This document shows positions 16,750 to 25,917 of a stretch of DNA of 64,000 nt, one piece after another (position 1 is the stretch's first letter; each line of letters opens with the position of its first letter). The position numbers and the translations under genes are program-made. The notes under the pieces are model-generated. The model ran no database searches, had not been told where the DNA came from, and worked only from the letters and a program-made list of their open reading frames with translations. The stretch comes from Eubacteriales bacterium (GTDB taxonomy: Bacteria > Bacillota > Clostridia > Oscillospirales > SIG627). The stretch covers positions 8,203 through 72,202 of the forward strand of contig JAZOQB010000010.1 of the NCBI GenBank assembly GCA_045655865.1, in the 5' to 3' direction.

Positions 16750-19700
16750 ATGAGGTACAAAAAGGTAGAAACCGACATGAATTTCGTCCAGCGTGAAAAG
16801 AAGGTGGGCGAGTTCTGGAAGGAAAACAAAATTTTCGAAAAAAGCATTGAGGAAAGAAAAAAAGGGGAGCCCTACGTGTTTTACGACGGCCCTCCCACTG
16901 CCAACGGCAAGCCTCACATCGGTCACGTGTTGACCCGTGTTATCAAAGATATGATTCCTCGCTACCGCACCATGAAAGGATATATGGTGCCCCGTAAGGC
17001 GGGGTGGGACACCCACGGCCTTCCGGTAGAACTGGAAGTGGAAAAGCTCTTGGGCCTGGACGGCAAGGAGCAGATCGAGGAGTACGGCCTTGATCCTTTT
17101 ATCCAAAAGTGCAAGGAGAGCGTCTGGAAGTACAAGGGCATGTGGGAAGATTTCTCCGGCACCGTGGGCTTCTGGGCGGACATGGACAACCCTTACGTAA
17201 CCTATCACAACGATTTTATTGAATCTGAGTGGTGGGCGTTAAAAGAAATTTACGAAAAAGGCCTTCTCTACAAGGGCTTTAAGATCGTTCCTTACTGCCC
17301 CCGCTGCGGCACCCCTCTATCCTCCCACGAGGTCGCTCAGGGATATAAGGCTGTTAAGGAGCGCAGTGCGGTGGTGCGTTTTCGCGCCGTCGGGGAGGAC
17401 GCCTACTTTTTAGCTTGGACGACCACTCCCTGGACTCTCCCCTCCAACGTGGCTCTTTGTGTCAATCCCCAGGAGAAGTACTGCAAGGTCAAGGCTGCAG
17501 ACGGAAAGGTCTATTACCTGGCTGAAAAGCTGCTTTCCGCCATTCTTTCTCCCCTGGCCCAAGAGGGCCAGCAGGCTTATGAAGTGCTGGAGACCTATGA
17601 GGGACAGGAACTAGAGGGCAGAGAATACGAGCCCCTTTATGAGATTGCCGGTAACTTGGCCCGTCAGCAAGGCAAAAAGGGCCACTATATCGTTTGCGAC
17701 GGGTACGTTACCATGTCTGACGGTACCGGTATCGTGCATATCGCTCCCGCCTTCGGTGAGGACGATGCCCGGGTGGGAAGAAAGTATGATCTTCCCTTCG
17801 TCCAGTTGGTGGACGGCAAGGGCTGTATGACCGAGAATACCCCCTTTGCAGGACTGTTTGTGAAAGACGCGGATCCGGAGGTCTTAAAGGATCTTTCCGC
17901 CCGTTCTCTGCTTTTTGACGCTCCCAAATTCGAGCACGATTACCCCTTCTGCTGGAGATGCGATACTCCTTTGATCTATTATGCCAGAGAGTCCTGGTTT
18001 ATTCGTATGACCCAGGTTCGGGACAGACTCATTGCAAACAACAACACCATCAACTGGATTCCCGAGAGCATTGGCAAGGGAAGATTCGGCGACTGGCTGG
18101 AGAACGTGCAGGATTGGGGTATTTCCCGAAACCGTTACTGGGGAACGCCTCTTAATATCTGGCAGTGCGAATGTGGGCATTGCCACGCCATCGGCTCCAT
18201 TGAGGAATTAAAGTCCCTGAGCCGGAATTGCCCGGAAAACATCGAGCTTCACCGGCCTTATATTGATGCGGTGACCATCCCCTGCCCCCATTGCGGCAAG
18301 GAAATGCACCGAGTGCCCGAGGTGATCGACTGCTGGTTCGACTCCGGGGCCATGCCCTTTGCTCAGCATCACTATCCTTTTGAAAACAAGGATCTTTTTG
18401 AAAGTCAGTTCCCCGCCGACTTCATTTCCGAGGCGGTGGATCAGACCCGGGGCTGGTTCTATTCTCTGCTTGCCATCTCCACCCTGATCTTTGACAGGGC
18501 GCCCTATAAAAACGTGATCGTTTTGGGACACGTCCAAGACGAAAACGGTCAGAAAATGAGCAAGTCTAAAGGTAACGCCGTCGATCCCTTTGAAGCGCTG
18601 GAAAGCTACGGCGCGGACGCCATCCGTTGGTATTTCTACACCAACTCCGCCCCCTGGCTTCCTAACCGTTTCCACGGAAAAGCCGTGGTGGAGGGACAGA
18701 GAAAGTTTATGGGTACTCTTTGGAATACCTACGCCTTCTACGTTCTCTACGCCAACATTGACGATTTTGATCCCACGGAGCATACCCTGGAATACGAAAA
18801 ACTGTCCGTGATGGACAAGTGGCTCCTTTCCCGTCTGCAGACCACGGTGCAAAGCGTGGACGAAAATCTGGAGAACTACCGCATCCCCGAGGCTTGCCGC
18901 GCGCTTCAGAGTTTTGTAGACGAGCTTTCCAACTGGTACGTGCGCCGAGGCAGAGAAAGATATTGGGCAAACGGTATGCCCGAGGATAAGGTCAACGCCT
19001 ATATGACCCTTTATACCGCGCTGGTCACCACGGCAAAGATCTCTGCCCCCATGATTCCCTTTATGGCAGAGGATATTTACCGAAACCTTGTGTGCTCGGT
19101 GGAAAAATCCGCTCCGGAATCCGTGCATCTGTGCGACTTCCCCGAGGTAAACGCGGCGTGGATCCGACCGGAATTGGAAAAAGAGATGGAAGCGGTCCTT
19201 CAGATCGTGGTCAGCGGCCGTGCGGCTCGCGCCGGCAGCGGCAGAAAGAACCGCCAGCCCCTTGGAAGAATGTTCGTTAAGTGCCAGACGCCTTTGGATG
19301 AGGACTGCCAGGCCATTGTCCGGGAAGAGTTGAACGTAAAGGAACTGATCTTTACCGATGCCGTAGACGAGTATCTTTCCTACTCTTTCAAGCCCCAACT
19401 GAAAACCTGCGGTCCGAAATTTGGAAAGCAGCTTGGAGAGTTGCGCGCGGCCCTGCCGGAGCTTGACGGAGCAAAGGCAAAAAAAGAATTGGATTCCGAT
19501 GGGACCCTGGCCCTGGATCTGCCTTCCGGAAGGGTCGTTCTCAGTCCGGAGGATCTGATCATTGAGAACCGGCAGAAGGAAGGATATTTTGCCGTTTCCG
19601 ACTCAGATCTTGTGGTGGTACTGGACATTCAGCTCACAGAAGAACTCATCGTAGAGGGATATCTTCGGGAGATCATCAGCAAGGTGCAGACCATGCGAAA

Positions 19701-19902
19701 GGATGCGGATTTCAACGTGACCGACCGGATCCGGATCGGATGCGCCGGAAATGAAAAGCTTGTGGCCCTTATGGAGGAACACCGGGACCAGATCTGCCAG
19801 GATACCCTGGCCTTGGAGATCGTGCCGGAGCTTTCCGAGATTCAAAAGGAGTGGGACATCAACGGCGAGAAGTTGACGCTGTCTGTCAAAGTGGTAGGAT
19901 AG
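16750..19902 (+). CDS. ileS: Isoleucine--tRNA ligase (long type-2-like form, about 1050 aa)
   Basis: PPTANGKPHIGHVLTR (HIGH) and KMSKSKGN (KMSKS). The ATG at 16750 has an AAAGGAGGA Shine-Dalgarno. The track start at 16666 lies inside the T-box terminator. Confidence 0.95.
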   Translation: MRYKKVETDMNFVQREKKVGEFWKENKIFEKSIEERKKGEPYVFYDGPPTANGKPHIGHVLTRVIKDMIPRYRTMKGYMVPRKAGWDTHGLPVELEVEKLLGLDGKEQIEEYGLDPFIQKCKESVWKYKGMWEDFSGTVGFWADMDNPYVTYHNDFIESEWWALKEIYEKGLLYKGFKIVPYCPRCGTPLSSHEVAQGYKAVKERSAVVRFRAVGEDAYFLAWTTTPWTLPSNVALCVNPQEKYCKVKAADGKVYYLAEKLLSAILSPLAQEGQQAYEVLETYEGQELEGREYEPLYEIAGNLARQQGKKGHYIVCDGYVTMSDGTGIVHIAPAFGEDDARVGRKYDLPFVQLVDGKGCMTENTPFAGLFVKDADPEVLKDLSARSLLFDAPKFEHDYPFCWRCDTPLIYYARESWFIRMTQVRDRLIANNNTINWIPESIGKGRFGDWLENVQDWGISRNRYWGTPLNIWQCECGHCHAIGSIEELKSLSRNCPENIELHRPYIDAVTIPCPHCGKEMHRVPEVIDCWFDSGAMPFAQHHYPFENKDLFESQFPADFISEAVDQTRGWFYSLLAISTLIFDRAPYKNVIVLGHVQDENGQKMSKSKGNAVDPFEALESYGADAIRWYFYTNSAPWLPNRFHGKAVVEGQRKFMGTLWNTYAFYVLYANIDDFDPTEHTLEYEKLSVMDKWLLSRLQTTVQSVDENLENYRIPEACRALQSFVDELSNWYVRRGRERYWANGMPEDKVNAYMTLYTALVTTAKISAPMIPFMAEDIYRNLVCSVEKSAPESVHLCDFPEVNAAWIRPELEKEMEAVLQIVVSGRAARAGSGRKNRQPLGRMFVKCQTPLDEDCQAIVREELNVKELIFTDAVDEYLSYSFKPQLKTCGPKFGKQLGELRAALPELDGAKAKKELDSDGTLALDLPSGRVVLSPEDLIIENRQKEGYFAVSDSDLVVVLDIQLTEELIVEGYLREIISKVQTMRKDADFNVTDRIRIGCAGNEKLVALMEEHRDQICQDTLALEIVPELSEIQKEWDINGEKLTLSVKVVG

Positions 19903-19940
19903 TGCCGAAGATCGCTATGAGCGATCCAAAGTAAAAATCG

Positions 19941-19979
19941 GGTCGAGGAAATGAGAATTTCCTCGACCTTTTCTTTTTT
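19941..19979. terminator. Bidirectional terminator between ileS and dinB
   Basis: GGTCGAGGAAA tgagaa TTTCCTCGACC followed by a T-rich run. Confidence 0.8.
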
Positions 19980-19982
19980 CCG

Positions 19983-21209
19983 TTACGGCCGTTTTGGGCC
20001 TTGGAAGGGCACGTAGCCGGTTTCGTCCGGAAGGCACGTGTCCAGCAGTGTTGCCGGCTTGAGGGCGTTTTGCCCAAAGCGGCTTCGAATTTGATCCGTC
20101 ACCCGGTCAAGGATCTGGTTTCTCCGTTGTGTTTCCTGGGAGAAAAGAGAAAGCTGCCGGTCCGATTTCGGCCGAAGGGAGATGGCACGTACCGTAACCG
20201 AGCGCAGAGGCTCCCGGAATAAATAGCGCTCCCGGAACAGGGAAAAGGCCTCTTTTGCCAGGGTCATGGTGCAGTCCGTGGGCTGCGGGAGCTGTTTTTG
20301 GAGGGTTTTGGTAAAAAAATTCCGGTCTTTGCACTCCAACGCCACGCCTTCGGCTTCAAGCCGGTGAAAACGAAGCTTTTCTCCGATGCTTTGGGACAGA
20401 CCGAGGATCAAGGTCCAAACTTCTTCCGGCTCTGTTAAGTCTTGTGGGGTGGTCAGTCCGTGACCGACACTTTTCATGGGGCTTTCAAAATCGCAGGGGA
20501 GCACCGGAGAAAGATCCTCTCCGCGGGCAAAGGATTTCAGCATGGCTCCCGTTTTTCCGAATTTCATCTGGAGAAGGCGGTCGTTGGCCTGGGCCAGGGC
20601 GCCCACCGTATTTAGTCCGAAGCGGTGCAGAGTACGGGCGCTTTTCCTTCCAACCCCAAGAAGGCTCTCCACGGGAAGTGGCCAGACCAGTTCCGGAACG
20701 CTCTGGCGAGAGATCACCGTCATGGCGTCCGGCTTTTTTAGGTCGCTGCCAAGTTTTGCAAAGACCTTATTAAAGGAGACCCCCACGGAGATGGTAAGCC
20801 CTGTTTCCCGGCGAATCCGCCGGCGGATCTGATCCCCGATCTTCTCCCCGGGCCCAAAGGCCATCCGGGAGGCGGTAACGTCCAGCCAACATTCATCCAG
20901 ACCCATGGACTCCACCAGGTCCGTGTACTGACAGTAGATCTCTCGGGCGATGCGAGAGTACAACACGTAGCGGTCAAAGTGGGGTTCTACAACAATCAGT
21001 TCCGGACATTTTTCCCGGGCAAGCCAGATGGCCTCTCCCGTTTTCACCCCGCACTTTTTTGCCGCCTCGCTTTTTGCCAGAACGATTCCGTGACGCATTT
21101 CCCGATCTCCGCACACCGCCACCGCTTTTCCCTCCAGCCGGGAATCGTACAGCCGCTCTACCGAGGCATAGAAGTTGTTCATGTCGCAATGCAAAATGGC
21201 ACGATCCAT
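19983..21209 (-). CDS. dinB: DNA polymerase IV (Y-family)
   Basis: MDRAILHCDMNNFYASVE.., SLDEcW-like GLDECWLDVT, 408 aa. Confidence 0.9.
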   Translation of the reverse strand: MDRAILHCDMNNFYASVERLYDSRLEGKAVAVCGDREMRHGIVLAKSEAAKKCGVKTGEAIWLAREKCPELIVVEPHFDRYVLYSRIAREIYCQYTDLVESMGLDECWLDVTASRMAFGPGEKIGDQIRRRIRRETGLTISVGVSFNKVFAKLGSDLKKPDAMTVISRQSVPELVWPLPVESLLGVGRKSARTLHRFGLNTVGALAQANDRLLQMKFGKTGAMLKSFARGEDLSPVLPCDFESPMKSVGHGLTTPQDLTEPEEVWTLILGLSQSIGEKLRFHRLEAEGVALECKDRNFFTKTLQKQLPQPTDCTMTLAKEAFSLFRERYLFREPLRSVTVRAISLRPKSDRQLSLFSQETQRRNQILDRVTDQIRSRFGQNALKPATLLDTCLPDETGYVPFQGPKRP

Positions 21210-21225
21210 TTTTTTCTCTTTTCTC

Positions 21226-21254
21226 TTGACAAATTTCGTTCGTGTTGCTATGAT
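21226..21254 (+). promoter_or_regulatory. Promoter of the XRE/ImmA-like pair, bracketed by CGTTCG/CGAACG half-sites
   Basis: TTGACA 21226-21231, 17 nt, TATGAT 21249-21254. CGTTCG at 21237-21242 lies in the spacer and CGAACG at 21260-21265 lies just downstream. Further CGTTCG copies are at 21295-21300 and 21326-21331. Confidence 0.55.
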
Positions 21255-21278
21255 GAATACGAACGATATTTCATGTAT

Positions 21279-21307
21279 AGAATATACGAATAATCGTTCG
21301 TTGTCAA
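21279..21307 (-). promoter_or_regulatory. dinB promoter with a LexA/Cheo-box-like palindrome in the spacer
   Basis: Reverse strand TTGACA (21307-21302), 17 nt, TATTCT (21284-21279). CGAATAATCGTTCG at 21287-21300 has 1 mismatch to CGAAC-N4-GTTCG. A weaker CGAACGATATTTCA lies at 21260-21273. Confidence 0.55.
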
Positions 21308-21345
21308 TGGTAAATTATGTAAAATCGTTCGTTTCGGAGGAAGAG

Positions 21346-21744
21346 ATGAAGTTTGCAGAGAGACTAAAAAAGGCCCGGAAACAGGCGGGACTTTCCCAGG
21401 AGGCATTGGCGCAACAGGCGCAGATCTCTCCCAGAACCTTACAAAATTACGAAATGGGGAAGCGATATCCTTCCAGCATTGAGATCACCCTACGCCTGGC
21501 CTCGGCTCTTGGCACCAGCGCCGAAGCTCTGCTTTCCGCCGGGGAGGAGAGCCTTGTGTCTGCTCCTGTATCGGCCAAGGCACAACTGCGGGAATTGGTT
21601 CAGGCGGTATCGGGACTTTTTTCCGGAGGGCAATTGGAGGAAGAGGATCGGGATGCAGCCATGGAAGCGATCATTGCCGCTTACTGGGCGGCAAAAAAAG
21701 AAACGCGCAAAGTGGGCGGAAAGGGTTGGAAGGAAGAGCGTTGA
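21346..21744 (+). CDS. XRE-family helix-turn-helix transcriptional regulator
   Basis: MKFAERLKKARKQAGLSQEALAQQAQISPRTLQNYEMGKRYPS (HTH_3-like). GGAGG Shine-Dalgarno before the ATG at 21346. Confidence 0.8.
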   Translation: MKFAERLKKARKQAGLSQEALAQQAQISPRTLQNYEMGKRYPSSIEITLRLASALGTSAEALLSAGEESLVSAPVSAKAQLRELVQAVSGLFSGGQLEEEDRDAAMEAIIAAYWAAKKETRKVGGKGWKEER

Positions 21745-22220
21745 CAGAACTTTTGCGGATCGCCCGTTTGGGGGAAGAAGCGGTGGAACGCTACGGCACC
21801 CGAAATCCCTTTTCCCTGGCAGAGAAGATGGGAGTGAACGTCTTGGTGCGCCAGGATTTTCAAAAGCTTAAGGGAATGTACAAGGTGATTTTGGGTCAGA
21901 GATTTGTCTTTCTCAACGGAAAGATGCGCCGCCGGGAAGCCCGGGAGGTCTTGGCCCACGAATTGGGACACGACGCGCTTCATCGGGATATGGCAAAAGA
22001 CAGCGTGGTTCAGGATCACTTCATTTTGGATATGACCCTCAAGCCCGAATACGAGGCCAATCTTTTTGCGTCAAGTCTCCTGTTTTCCGATGAACAGATC
22101 CTGGAGCTTTTGCAAGAAGGAAACACGGTGGATCAGGTTGCCCGGATCCTGGGGCAGAGCGAAAAGCTTCTGGAATTAAAAATACGGATCTTGCAAGAAA
22201 AGGGACTTCTTTCGCGTTGA
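21726..22220 (+). CDS. ImmA/IrrE-family zinc metallopeptidase (COG2856-like)
   Basis: HEXXH motif LAHELGHDALH. Overlaps the end of the XRE gene, which is the typical XRE plus ImmA pairing. Exact start is uncertain (21726 or the TTG near 21741). Confidence 0.7.
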   Translation: MEGRALTELLRIARLGEEAVERYGTRNPFSLAEKMGVNVLVRQDFQKLKGMYKVILGQRFVFLNGKMRRREAREVLAHELGHDALHRDMAKDSVVQDHFILDMTLKPEYEANLFASSLLFSDEQILELLQEGNTVDQVARILGQSEKLLELKIRILQEKGLLSR

Positions 22221-22312
22221 CCCGGTAGAAAGAAAAACAAAGAATACCCTTGCAAAGAAATGAGAATTGTGGTAAAATCGCTCCAGATCATGGACGAAAG
22301 GAATATGAAAAT

Positions 22313-23512
22313 ATGAAAGTTTTGGTAATCAACGCAGGTTCTTCTTCTGTTAAGTATCAGCTGATCGATATGACCCGGGAGACGCTCTTGGCCAAAGGCC
22401 TTTGCGAGAGAATTGGTATTGCCGGCGGTGCTTTCAAGCACCAGGTTCCCGGGAAGGACGCGTACAAGATCGAAGTGGATATGAAAAATCACGGAGAGGC
22501 AATTTCTCTGGTGGTGAAGACTCTGACCGATCCCCAGCACGGCGTGATCTCATCTCTTTCTGAGATCGGTGCGGTGGGCCACCGCGTTCTCCACGGTGGA
22601 GAGAAATTCTCCGGATCCGTGGTGGTAAACGCGAAAGTCATCGAGGCCATTGAAGAGTGCTGTGAGCTGGGGCCGCTTCACAATCCCCACAACCTCACCG
22701 GTATTCGTGCATGCGAAGAGATCATGCCCGGCGTGCCTCAGGTAGCGGTGTTTGACACCGGTTTCCATCAGACCATGCCCCCTTATGCTTATATGTACGC
22801 CCTGCCCTATGAATATTACGAGAAATACAAGATCCGCCGCTACGGTTTCCACGGTACTTCTCACCGCTACGTTTCTCTCCGTGCCGCCCAGCTTTTGGGC
22901 AAAAAGCCGGAAGAGGTCAACGTGGTCACCTGCCACTTGGGCAACGGTTCTTCCATTGCTGCCGTGCAGAACGGTAAGTGCCTGGATACCACCATGGGCA
23001 CCACGCCTTTGGAGGGAATCATAATGGGAACTCGTTGCGGTTCTATTGATCCCGCTATCGTTCCCCTTTTGATGAAAAAAGAGGGGCTTTCTCCCGATGA
23101 AGTAGACGCCATTATGAACAAAAAGTCCGGTATTCTCGGTATCACCGGAACCACCTCCGACAACCGTGACGTGGAAGCGGGCTCCAAGGCCGGCGATCCC
23201 AGATGCAAGCTGGTAGAGGATATGCTTACCCATCAGCTTACCAAGTACGTGGGTGCTTTCTCTGCTGCGATGGGCGGCGTGGACGCTATCGTTTTCACCG
23301 GCGGTATCGGAGAAAACAACACCTCTTACCGCCAGAGAGTAGCAGATAAGCTTGGCTTTATGGGCGTTGAGATGGACAAAGAAAAGAACAACGAGGCAAA
23401 GCTTGGCAAGGAAATGGACGTGGCTACCGCTCAGTCTCGTGTGAGAATTCTCGTGATCCCGACCAACGAAGAATTGATGATCGCCAAGGATACCTTCGAA
23501 CTTTGCAAATAA
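22313..23512 (+). CDS. ackA: Acetate kinase
   Basis: MKVLVINAGSSSVKYQL.., GHRVLHGG, GFHGTSH, FTGGIGEN. Confidence 0.95.
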   Translation: MKVLVINAGSSSVKYQLIDMTRETLLAKGLCERIGIAGGAFKHQVPGKDAYKIEVDMKNHGEAISLVVKTLTDPQHGVISSLSEIGAVGHRVLHGGEKFSGSVVVNAKVIEAIEECCELGPLHNPHNLTGIRACEEIMPGVPQVAVFDTGFHQTMPPYAYMYALPYEYYEKYKIRRYGFHGTSHRYVSLRAAQLLGKKPEEVNVVTCHLGNGSSIAAVQNGKCLDTTMGTTPLEGIIMGTRCGSIDPAIVPLLMKKEGLSPDEVDAIMNKKSGILGITGTTSDNRDVEAGSKAGDPRCKLVEDMLTHQLTKYVGAFSAAMGGVDAIVFTGGIGENNTSYRQRVADKLGFMGVEMDKEKNNEAKLGKEMDVATAQSRVRILVIPTNEELMIAKDTFELCK

Positions 23513-23545
23513 CCGGAAGGCGTTTTTTGGCAGAAAAAAACAAAC

Positions 23546-23586
23546 AAGAGTGTGCAAGGATAAAAGCCTTGCACACTCTTTTTTCT
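23546..23586 (+). terminator. ackA terminator
   Basis: AAGAGTGTGCAAGG ataaaag CCTTGCACACTCTT plus T-run. Confidence 0.85.
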
Positions 23587-23620
23587 TCCGAAAGTTTTTG
23601 ATTAGATTTTGCAGTCAAAG

Positions 23621-23651
23621 AAAAAAAGTGCATGGATGTGGCACTTTTTTA
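23621..23651 (-). terminator. Terminator of the xth / membrane-protein operon
   Basis: AAAAAAGTGC ... GCACTTTTTT hairpin starting at the stop codon of the minus-strand gene. Confidence 0.65.
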
Positions 23652-25019
23652 TTTTTGCAGTCTCTCCTCCCCGGTTCGAAGAAGCGCTTTTTTTATAAGA
23701 AGGAGGAAAAGAGCGAAAAGGGCTGCAAAGAGGAACAGAGAAAGAAAAGGAGACGGGGTTCGGGGCAGGGCCTGGGGAAAGGTGGGAAAAAAGGCGTCGT
23801 CCAGGTCCAGGTACAGAGAGGGCAACAAAAAGATCAGGGGGGAAGAGTGGCAGAAAAGACGCAGGAAAAAGGAGATGGGCGGATCGAAGACAAGAAGCAG
23901 CAAAGGGATTGCTGTGCAGATCCAGCCCCGTTTTCCCAGTGCGGAAAAGGTGGCTCCCAAAAGCAGGGGAAGAAGGCCGGGCAAGGCGCGGCAGAGAAGG
24001 CGGAGAAAAAGAGATGGGAAAAAGGGAAGAGCCAGAGGGCGCCCAAAGAGGGAAGTGTACCTTGGCAGACAACTTTGTGGGGCAAACAGGGCCGTTACCC
24101 CCCAAAGGGAGAGGGAGAGAAGCAAGAGAAGCGTAGACCAAAGCAAAAGAAGAGAAAGAAGTGTCGGGAAAAGCCGGGGAGAGATCTGGTTTTGTTTTTT
24201 GGAAAATGCTTTGGTGAAAAACGGAAGAAGGGAGAGGGTGAGAAGCCAGGAAAAAAGCTCCTCCCCAAAAAAGAGCGTTTCCGTATTACCGGGAATGGGA
24301 TCGTAGCGCCCGTCTTTCAAAGCGCGCACTTTTTGCGCCAGGATCTCTTCCAGATCCTTTTTTTCGGACAAGGTCAGGCTCTTTCCCTCTGAGACCGGGT
24401 TGTAGCGGTCCACTCCTGTATCCAGACTTTCTCGGAGCTGACGGATCTCCTGCAAGAGAAATTTTCCTCCGGGGGAGAGAGGGGACCCGTCCAGGGTAGC
24501 AAACAGGCGTAGGGCGTCATCCTCCAGTTGCCTGGAAATCTGGTCTTTTTCAAGAGAACCTTTCGAAACAAGACGCTCTTTTAAAAAAGAAAGGTAGCCG
24601 TCAAGATCCCTTTGCTCCAGAATGTGGGCAAGGGCGTCTTTTTCTGTGTTCAATTCCTGAGCGCGAGGGGATAGGGGGTCACATTGCTCCAGTTCCCAAA
24701 GGATCAGAGCATAATAACCGGCGCCCTCACTTGCAAAATCACTACCCCAAACGGGGAGAGAAAAGGCAAGGGCTGTTTCAAAAAAGAGAACTTTTTGGCG
24801 GGAAACATAGTCGTTCTCCCCGGTTGCCTGTGAATCCCATTCCGCCCGGGCCTCTGCCAGCGCTTTTTCCAGATCCGGCCGCTCCCCTTCAAATCCAGAT
24901 TGAGTCGGCGGTGTGTAGGGGGTAAAGAAAAAGCCGAGGATCAAGGGAAGCAAAAGGGCGGCAAGGCAGAGAAAAAGGGATGCCGGCGATCGAAAAGGGC
25001 GGAAAATGTTCGCGATCAT
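23649..25019 (-). CDS. Membrane protein of unknown function
   Basis: 456 aa with an N-terminal TM segment, about 230 aa soluble domain and a Leu/Phe/Pro/Ser-rich multi-pass C-terminal half. Its ATG overlaps the xth stop (ATGA at 25016-25019). This frame is chosen over four other overlapping ORFs because of that coupling and its TM pattern. Confidence 0.55.
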   Translation of the reverse strand: MIANIFRPFRSPASLFLCLAALLLPLILGFFFTPYTPPTQSGFEGERPDLEKALAEARAEWDSQATGENDYVSRQKVLFFETALAFSLPVWGSDFASEGAGYYALILWELEQCDPLSPRAQELNTEKDALAHILEQRDLDGYLSFLKERLVSKGSLEKDQISRQLEDDALRLFATLDGSPLSPGGKFLLQEIRQLRESLDTGVDRYNPVSEGKSLTLSEKKDLEEILAQKVRALKDGRYDPIPGNTETLFFGEELFSWLLTLSLLPFFTKAFSKKQNQISPRLFPTLLSLLLLWSTLLLLLSLSLWGVTALFAPQSCLPRYTSLFGRPLALPFFPSLFLRLLCRALPGLLPLLLGATFSALGKRGWICTAIPLLLLVFDPPISFFLRLFCHSSPLIFLLPSLYLDLDDAFFPTFPQALPRTPSPFLSLFLFAALFALFLLLIKKALLRTGEERLQK

Positions 25020-25768
25020 AGATCCAGAGTCAATTCCACCGGGCAGTGATCACTGCCGTGGATCTCGGTTAAGATCCGGCTGTCCCGGATCTTGTCATTT
25101 AAATTGCGGGAGACCACGAAATAATCAATGCGCCAACCCACGTTTCGTTCTCTTGCCCGCATCCGGTAGCTCCACCAGGAATAGGCGTCTTTTCGGTCCG
25201 GATAAAGGTAGCGGAAGGAATCGGTAAAGCCGGCTTGAAGAAGAAGAGAAAATTTTTCCCTCTCTTCATTGGAAAAACCGGGGTTTCCCACGTTGGCTTT
25301 CGGGTGGGCAAGGTCGATCTCTTGGTGGGCAACGTTTAAGTCACCGCAGAGGATCACGCTCTTTTTTTCGGCAAGAGAAGAAAGGTAGGAGCGAAGATCG
25401 TCTTCATAGGCCATGCGGTAAGACAGGCGCTTGAGTTCCGGCTGAGCGTTGGGGGTGTAGGAATTGACCAGGAAAAAGGAGTCAAATTCCAGGGTGACAA
25501 GTCTCCCCTCGTCGCTGTATTTTCCGTCGATCCCATAAAGGGCGCGCAAGGGCTCTTTTTTGGAAAAGATCACGGTGCCGGAATAGCCCTTTTTTTCCGC
25601 ACTGCTCCAAAACTGCAGATAACCGGGGGTGAGAATTTCGGCCTGATCTTGCTGCATTTTGCTTTCCTGAACACAGAAAAGATCTGCATCGCTATCTTTG
25701 AAAAAATCCAAAAAGCCTTTTTGCATACAGGCCCGAAGACCGTTCACGTTCCAGGAAATCAGTTTCAT
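25016..25768 (-). CDS. xth: Exodeoxyribonuclease III
   Basis: MKLISWNVNGLRA.., LFCVQESK, GSDHCPV. The start at 25768 is preferred over the track start at 25858. Confidence 0.9.
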   Translation of the reverse strand: MKLISWNVNGLRACMQKGFLDFFKDSDADLFCVQESKMQQDQAEILTPGYLQFWSSAEKKGYSGTVIFSKKEPLRALYGIDGKYSDEGRLVTLEFDSFFLVNSYTPNAQPELKRLSYRMAYEDDLRSYLSSLAEKKSVILCGDLNVAHQEIDLAHPKANVGNPGFSNEEREKFSLLLQAGFTDSFRYLYPDRKDAYSWWSYRMRARERNVGWRIDYFVVSRNLNDKIRDSRILTEIHGSDHCPVELTLDL

Positions 25769-25917
25769 GTTCTCTTTGTCCTTTGTTGATTCTTTTTTTT
25801 CATTATATCGGCGGTGAGAAAAAAAGTCAATTCCGGGCTTTGGCGCAAAAGATGACAAAAAAACCGATTCTCTTTTGATATGATGGGAAAAAGGCCAACG
25901 GAAAGGAAAAGGAAAGA

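Noticed and set aside
19941-19968. The ileS/dinB terminator and the groEL/uppP terminator (60531-60563) share the stem GGTCGAGG...CCTCGACC, suggesting a dispersed repeat.
   Set aside because: Only the 8-bp stem core is shared, and the loops and flanks differ. This is most simply two independent GC-rich terminator hairpins. A genome-wide count of the 8-mer palindrome would settle it.
21226-22220. XRE/ImmA pair as a marker of a prophage or integrative element, with the tRNA-Cys at 16301-16374 as a possible attachment site.
   Set aside because: There is no integrase, recombinase, excisionase, or replication or structural phage gene anywhere in the window. ileS and dinB lie between the tRNA and the pair. 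I could find no direct repeat of the tRNA 3-prime end.
23550-24392. Plus-strand ORFs of 280 aa and 224 aa (23632-24306), extremely rich in Lys/Arg/Glu/Gly.
   Set aside because: They arise from the homopurine composition of the region. The first begins inside the ackA terminator and neither has a ribosome-binding site. The opposite strand gives a membrane protein coupled to xth. The compositional oddity is kept as a finding, not as genes.
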